NCBI GenBank assembly: GCA_964016885.1
Contig: OZ024749.1
Coordinates: 46,624,001 to 46,688,000 of the forward strand
Reading direction: 5' to 3'
DNA: 64,000 nt
Origin: Eledone cirrhosa
Lineage: Eukaryota
Part shown: positions 58,602 to 64,000 of the stretch, piece by piece
How positions within the stretch are numbered: the first letter of the stretch is position 1
How the letters are laid out: every line of letters begins with the position of its first letter
Translations under genes and position numbers: made by a program
Notes under the pieces: model-generated
What the model was told of the DNA's origin: nothing
The model's database searches: none
What the model saw: the letters and a program-made list of their open reading frames with translations, nothing else

Positions 58602-60668
58602 TTGTATTTGCTATTAGTGTTCAGTTAGCTCTACTTCCAAATCATATATTATATGGAATCCTAATCATCGACTTGAGTGTGCTTCCAATCAGTCACATCA
58701 TTGTTTGGATATAGTAGATTTCATCCTATTTGGCCAGAATATGTTAGATAATATACTATGTCTAAAATGTTAACCTCATATCGAGTGTACGTATATTGTG
58801 ATAGTCAAACAGATATGTCCTCGAGCGTATAGGAATGCTAAGGTAACATGCATTTTGTTGTTGACGTTGTGATTGTCATTTAGACACATATACTCATGTT
58901 CACTCTACATTACCAAAAACAAAAGCAGGCCACGGCTCTCCCTTGATCATCTATTGGAGCACTAACTATCACACGCCTTTGTATATTTGTAAATATATTA
59001 CAGAAAATATCGTTCATTTTTAGAAAATACCTCGTCATTTAAGCGGTTGTCGGTGCTAATTAACTCATACATTATTGCATAGGCGAATTAACTTCATAGA
59101 TTTAAGGAATAAGCTAATGAGACATATTCTATGTAATCAATTGATGAGTTATTATTGTGTACACAAAGATGGGATGGTGGCAGCTGAAATGTCTTGGATC
59201 ATAAGTTAACTTATCCTAAAGCTAAATAACATTAACAAAAGACTAAACCATTAATACCAATGATCCAAGCAAACAGGCTTACTAATTAAGTGTTTATGTG
59301 TAGCTTATTAATTTATATTCAATTACCAAGAACATAATGAGTGTGATTTTATATGTTTCCGCGAACTGCACTAAATTCCTACATATATTCCAACATATAT
59401 TTAGAAAACCGCAACAAATAAAGTTTCCTGTATATATAGTAGGATAATCTGGCCGATTATTCCGTTGTTCAACTAGGACTCAATAATTAGAATTAGAAAT
59501 ATATGAGGTACTGATTGCACCTCAGGGGCTGCTCACACAAATAGTATCATAATTAAACTACTTAAAAAAACTACTCTAATACCATATATATATATATAAG
59601 TATGTATACGTATATACATATATGTATACAGACGTACAGTAGTATGTATATATATACATACATGCACACATATATATGTACGTTTGGGTTTAACGAACAT
59701 TTATTATAATGTTCGGTTTGTTTGTAAACAAACAGCCCGAATTACGTCGTACAGCGTTCGGCAACCATCGTTGCCCTTTTGTTCAACTATGACAAAGGAA
59801 CGATCACCTAGTTTCAAGCGAATTAGCTATCGTCAGCATCGTATACCTTCCTCTCAGATGATTGAACGTTTGAAAGTATATCATTTCCCTATGCATATCA
59901 ATGGCTGAGCAGCCTAATTTGCATATCGAGTGAGATAGTCGGCCGGGCGTATCGAAAACGATGAATGGAAAAGTGGAAAATGTAAATGGAAAAGAATGAA
60001 ACGAAATGTCGTTTCATTCTTTTGCATATATATATATATTCAATGTTGATACATGTTTAACTCTAGACGATTGAGCTCACATATATGGAATCTAAGTAGA
60101 TATTAAGCACTAGTGAGTAACCGTTCAGAAGAACGGAATGTGGATACAGAAGGTTAGGGCAACATTTCGAAGAAATCATGTGTCCACATACCCATTCATT
60201 GTTTTGTGAGGATTTACCAACTTTATCTGTCGATGTTGTTGAACGTGGGTTTGAGCATAGATCAACCATCATTTGGATATACGTCAATATAGTATCAAGT
60301 GGATCAAGATATTTTTTTCAGTTGTGTCTGATTTTTTATTAATTATATTAAACTTCCCTTCCTTGTATATTTGCACTATCAGACAGTTAGTTCGTTAAAA
60401 AGCTATATTTAGACACCGATTCATGTAGGTAACAAATAAAACAAATAATTAAGCTGAACAGGGATTCGATGCCTGGTTTAAATATCACATTGATTTTAGT
60501 TACATTATATGATATATACAAATTTTCGCTCGAACACTACCATAAACATATAATATCGCTAAAAAAGATTTTATCATGAGACTAATTTTATAAATCTTGT
60601 ATAGCGAAGGAAATTTAATTAAATCTTATTGGATAAGGCCGTACTGGTATTAAACATATATAAACAAC

Positions 60669-60722
<54 letters not shown>

Positions 60723-60828
60723 GTTAGAATTCAGCTTGTTTATGGAACACGGAGATTCTTTCCACTTAATTATATTTCCTATATTTTATTTAATTATAAT
60801 GTTTTGTTAGGCGCTATTGATCGATGTG

Positions 60829-60875
60829 AAGGCGCGTAGCTTAGCGGTTGCGGTTTTCAATACACGATTGCAATT
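60829..60875 (+). mobile_element. Degenerate tRNA-like head of a second SINE family
   Basis: aggcgcgtagcttagcggtt..acacgattg contains an A-box-like TAGCTTAGCGG. The rest is not recognisable. Confidence 0.35.
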
Positions 60876-61389
60876 TTTGGAAAACTACCAGATGCTATGT
60901 ATATATTGTATATAGATATGTACTTTTAACATTCCTGGAATTTTAGATTCATTGCTCTACTCACCTCCACGTACTTAGTTATTCCACATTTCGTAGTTCA
61001 GATATTCGCGGCTCTACATACAATATTCGAATCCGAAGAGAAGCAGTTTCTATTGTAGCCATACCGACAAATAGGTGAAGGCTGCTACCGCCACACTTAA
61101 GGCTGTTTCAAAGTTTGCGTCTATGTGTGTGTACACATAATTTCATATACATATTTATATATCTCACAGCATTGGTCACTACCAGTTCACGCCCTCTCAC
61201 AACACTACTTTCTCATAGCAGCCAGCTCCGTTTCGCTCAACACCCGTCATTCACACCATTGCTTAGGCAAATAAAGAAACATTAACATGCACACATATAC
61301 AAATTTACACAATCACAGGCAAGTAGACGCCTACTCACACATGCATTTCCACTCAAAATATATCATGATGAACTCCCTCTCTAAATCTC

Positions 61390-61424
<35 letters not shown>

Positions 61425-61430
61425 ATAAAT

Positions 61431-61682
61431 GTAAACTATCGCCGTATTTTGACTGAATACATTATTTAGCCTGATAGTGGGGTTAAGAACCCTCGGAGAA
61501 ATGGAAAAAGGTGAGTATTGACCTACATGTACGTCGATACCCATATTTCTCCATTTCTCCGAGGGTTGTTAACCCAACTATCAGGCTAAATAATTTCTTT
61601 AATTTCTTTAGTCAAAACACGGCGACAGCTTACATTTATAATAATTTCAAACCCGCTCGCTGTTTCAAAATTAATCTAAACT

Positions 61683-61684
<2 letters not shown>
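61431..61684 (+). mobile_element. Family J copy 2
   Basis: Longer palindrome centred near tacatgta, with a tail ending ..gctcgctgtttcaaaa..acttg before (TA)n. Confidence 0.8.
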
Positions 61685-61775
<91 letters not shown>

Positions 61776-62647
61776 ACTGTGTGTGTGACTGGGTCTGTAT
61801 ATATATATATATCATATATATATCATATATGTGTATATATATATAATATATGTGTGTGTGTGTGTGTGTAATTCACTGTAGAACTAGACCTATGCTGGTT
61901 ATTCGTTAACATAACCCCTTTGGTCACGCACACATTTATTTAGTTGGTAAGTGACAGGCTCTGTTCTACAGCCAACAACAATTTGTTGTATCGAATATTC
62001 AATGGTACAGTAATATACATCAAAGTTTATGTGTTTCCAAGAGAAAACACTTAATATTACTTACGATTCACCAGGTAAATTAGACTGATTAAATAGATGA
62101 TATTGTATTTTGACAACTAATAAACTCTTAATATTTTACCACTAAAATATAGGAATGTTCACTAAAGTTTCTCAGGAAAATAGGATTTATTTAATATAGA
62201 ATAGAAGGTCTGCCAACTAGAGAATCTTTACTAAATACATCATTCCATTTAAAGATCAGACTCCTCACTAAATCAAATAATATCTTTTCTATCTGGCTCG
62301 CAAATGTTCACACATGAATCAGAAAACACTAAGCCATTAGAAATCTCCTTCCCACCATTACGTGACTGCAGAATTATGGAAATTCCTACCGCGCATGCGC
62401 TCCAAAAGAAGCATTAACATTTTACGCGTTTCTCGTAACTGAAAATATATGGTTTATTAACTTTCTAAGGAAATTAAATAAGACTTTCATATATAAATCT
62501 GAATTCCTAGTTACAGACACATATATGTGATGCTATCAGTGGTCTAGTTATATTAGCATGTATATTAAATAACCAAGTTTTATAAATTTATTGTCAAGTG
62601 TATAATTTTTCCGACGCATATGATGCTTATTTATTGCCAAATAAATC

Positions 62648-62719
62648 TGCTACTTTTAAATGTAAACTCCAAAGGAATATATATAATCGTTCCTTTGTAG
62701 TTTACATTGAAAAGTAGCA
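62648..62719. other. Isolated 30-bp stem, 12-nt loop hairpin
   Basis: tgctacttttaaatgtaaactccaaaggaa pairs with ttcctttgtagtttacattgaaaagtagca, with two mismatches. Confidence 0.85.
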
Positions 62720-63439
62720 AAAACGCTGATGTTACTCCTGAGACACGACAATTTGAAAGATAGCTGATAAAAACATATATGATAATTTCAAATTCGGGTA
62801 TCAGAAATGCTTGTTTCGTAAACGTTTATGCTTTCCTTTATTTTGCATGATTGAAATAATATTTATTTCAAATCATATTACATATCGCCCGCTTTTCCGT
62901 GGCAAATGATTCGTGTAAACTTACATTTTCGTATAATTGGCCTTGGCTCTATAAACGCAGAAATTTTAAGTGAGTGTGTAAGACTATCGGAATAGTTAGA
63001 TAATAATAAGCTAAACATACATATCTTCCCCGATAACAAATTGTTGAAAAAGTGAAGGAATCTTTTCCCTCGTTTATAATAATTTATTAGTAATTTTTCT
63101 AGAATGAATAAAAATCCAAAGTACTTCAACCAAATATAATTAAATTTATTTCGAATTTCTTCAAATGCAAACCATTATCATGGAAAAAAACGAAGGGAAA
63201 ATGAAGAAGGAATCCCAGATTCACTATTCATCTCAGTAGCTTTTCTTTCATATGGTGATTTAGTACTTTCCCAGTAGTTATAAATATATAAACAGACGAG
63301 GAGATAACAGAGTAGGAACAAAAAGTATTGAGAAATAAATGTACGAGAGAAAACGTAGATGTAATATAATCACATGAATAATGGAATAACTTGGGGCAAT
63401 GCATACTCATATACACACACTAATATATATATATATATA

Positions 63440-63670
63440 TTTATTAAATAACAGACTAAATTTTAAGCAAAGAATCGCTGGTTTCACCCTTAACGGGATC
63501 TTCGGAAACTACCAGTTTCAGAAGATCCCGTTGAGGGTGAAACCACCGATTCTTTGCTTAAACTTTAATCTGTTATTTAATAAATATGTGCTCTACGGTT
63601 CTTATATATTTGATATATATTTATCCTTATCGATCCCTCTTTCGATTTTAATCTTCAAATTTATTATTAT

Positions 63671-63675
<5 letters not shown>
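63440..63675 (+). mobile_element. Family E complete fold-back plus ~88-bp tail
   Basis: Arms ~63440-63510 and 63514-63587 around a 3-nt loop. CAGAAGA-t ccc gttga ggg t-GAAA core-like motif. Flanked by (TA)n. Confidence 0.9.
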
Positions 63676-63723
<48 letters not shown>

Positions 63724-64000
63724 TACAAACATACGGTATGTATATAACATTATAAATATATAGTATACATATATGTTTGTATGTCTGTGTGCATATATTT
63801 AAGTATATATATATATATATCCATAACTGCCTCGACAAGCATGCAGTGACGTCTATTGTATTTGGGGGCTAGTCTGTCAATGATTTTTCCACATTTATAT
63901 CACTTTATATATAACATCATAGCTCCGGGAAGAACAACGTTTGTAATCCCCGCATCTTGCCGTATTCCATAAGTATTAACCATCATTTTAAATCAGTAGT

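Overview
This is very AT-rich eukaryotic non-coding DNA (intronic or intergenic), saturated with (TA)n, (CA)n and (CT)n microsatellites. Almost all ORFs in the supplied track are translations of these repeats (YIYI, THTH, SLSL). Many copies of a tRNA-derived SINE of the octopus OK type suggest an octopod cephalopod (inference). There is no confident protein-coding gene, only two weak exon candidates, a decayed RTE-type LINE 3' end and a possible pogo/Tigger relic. The main signal is about 15 unrelated families of short elements (0.1-1.8 kb) sitting inside (TA)n tracts. (i) Many are asymmetric fold-backs: an inverted arm plus an unpaired 55-90 bp 3' tail. (ii) Most carry a type-I minimal hammerhead ribozyme motif (stem I-CUGANGA-stem II-GAAA-palindromic stem III-NUH), foldable by eye in at least seven families. 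(iii) At least seven families share a covarying bulged hairpin (RCTC-upper stem-2 nt bulge-GAGY), placed a few nt after the end of the inverted arm. This architecture fits Penelope-like element (PLE) termini or non-autonomous retrozyme-like derivatives. The shared tail hairpin, a recurrent U-U at the base of stem II, and a 565-bp tandem-plus-inverted array look like candidates for undescribed features. All folding and alignment was done by eye, and coordinates may be off by a few bases. Family letters are my own labels. Strand means the direction towards the 3' tail or ribozyme sense.
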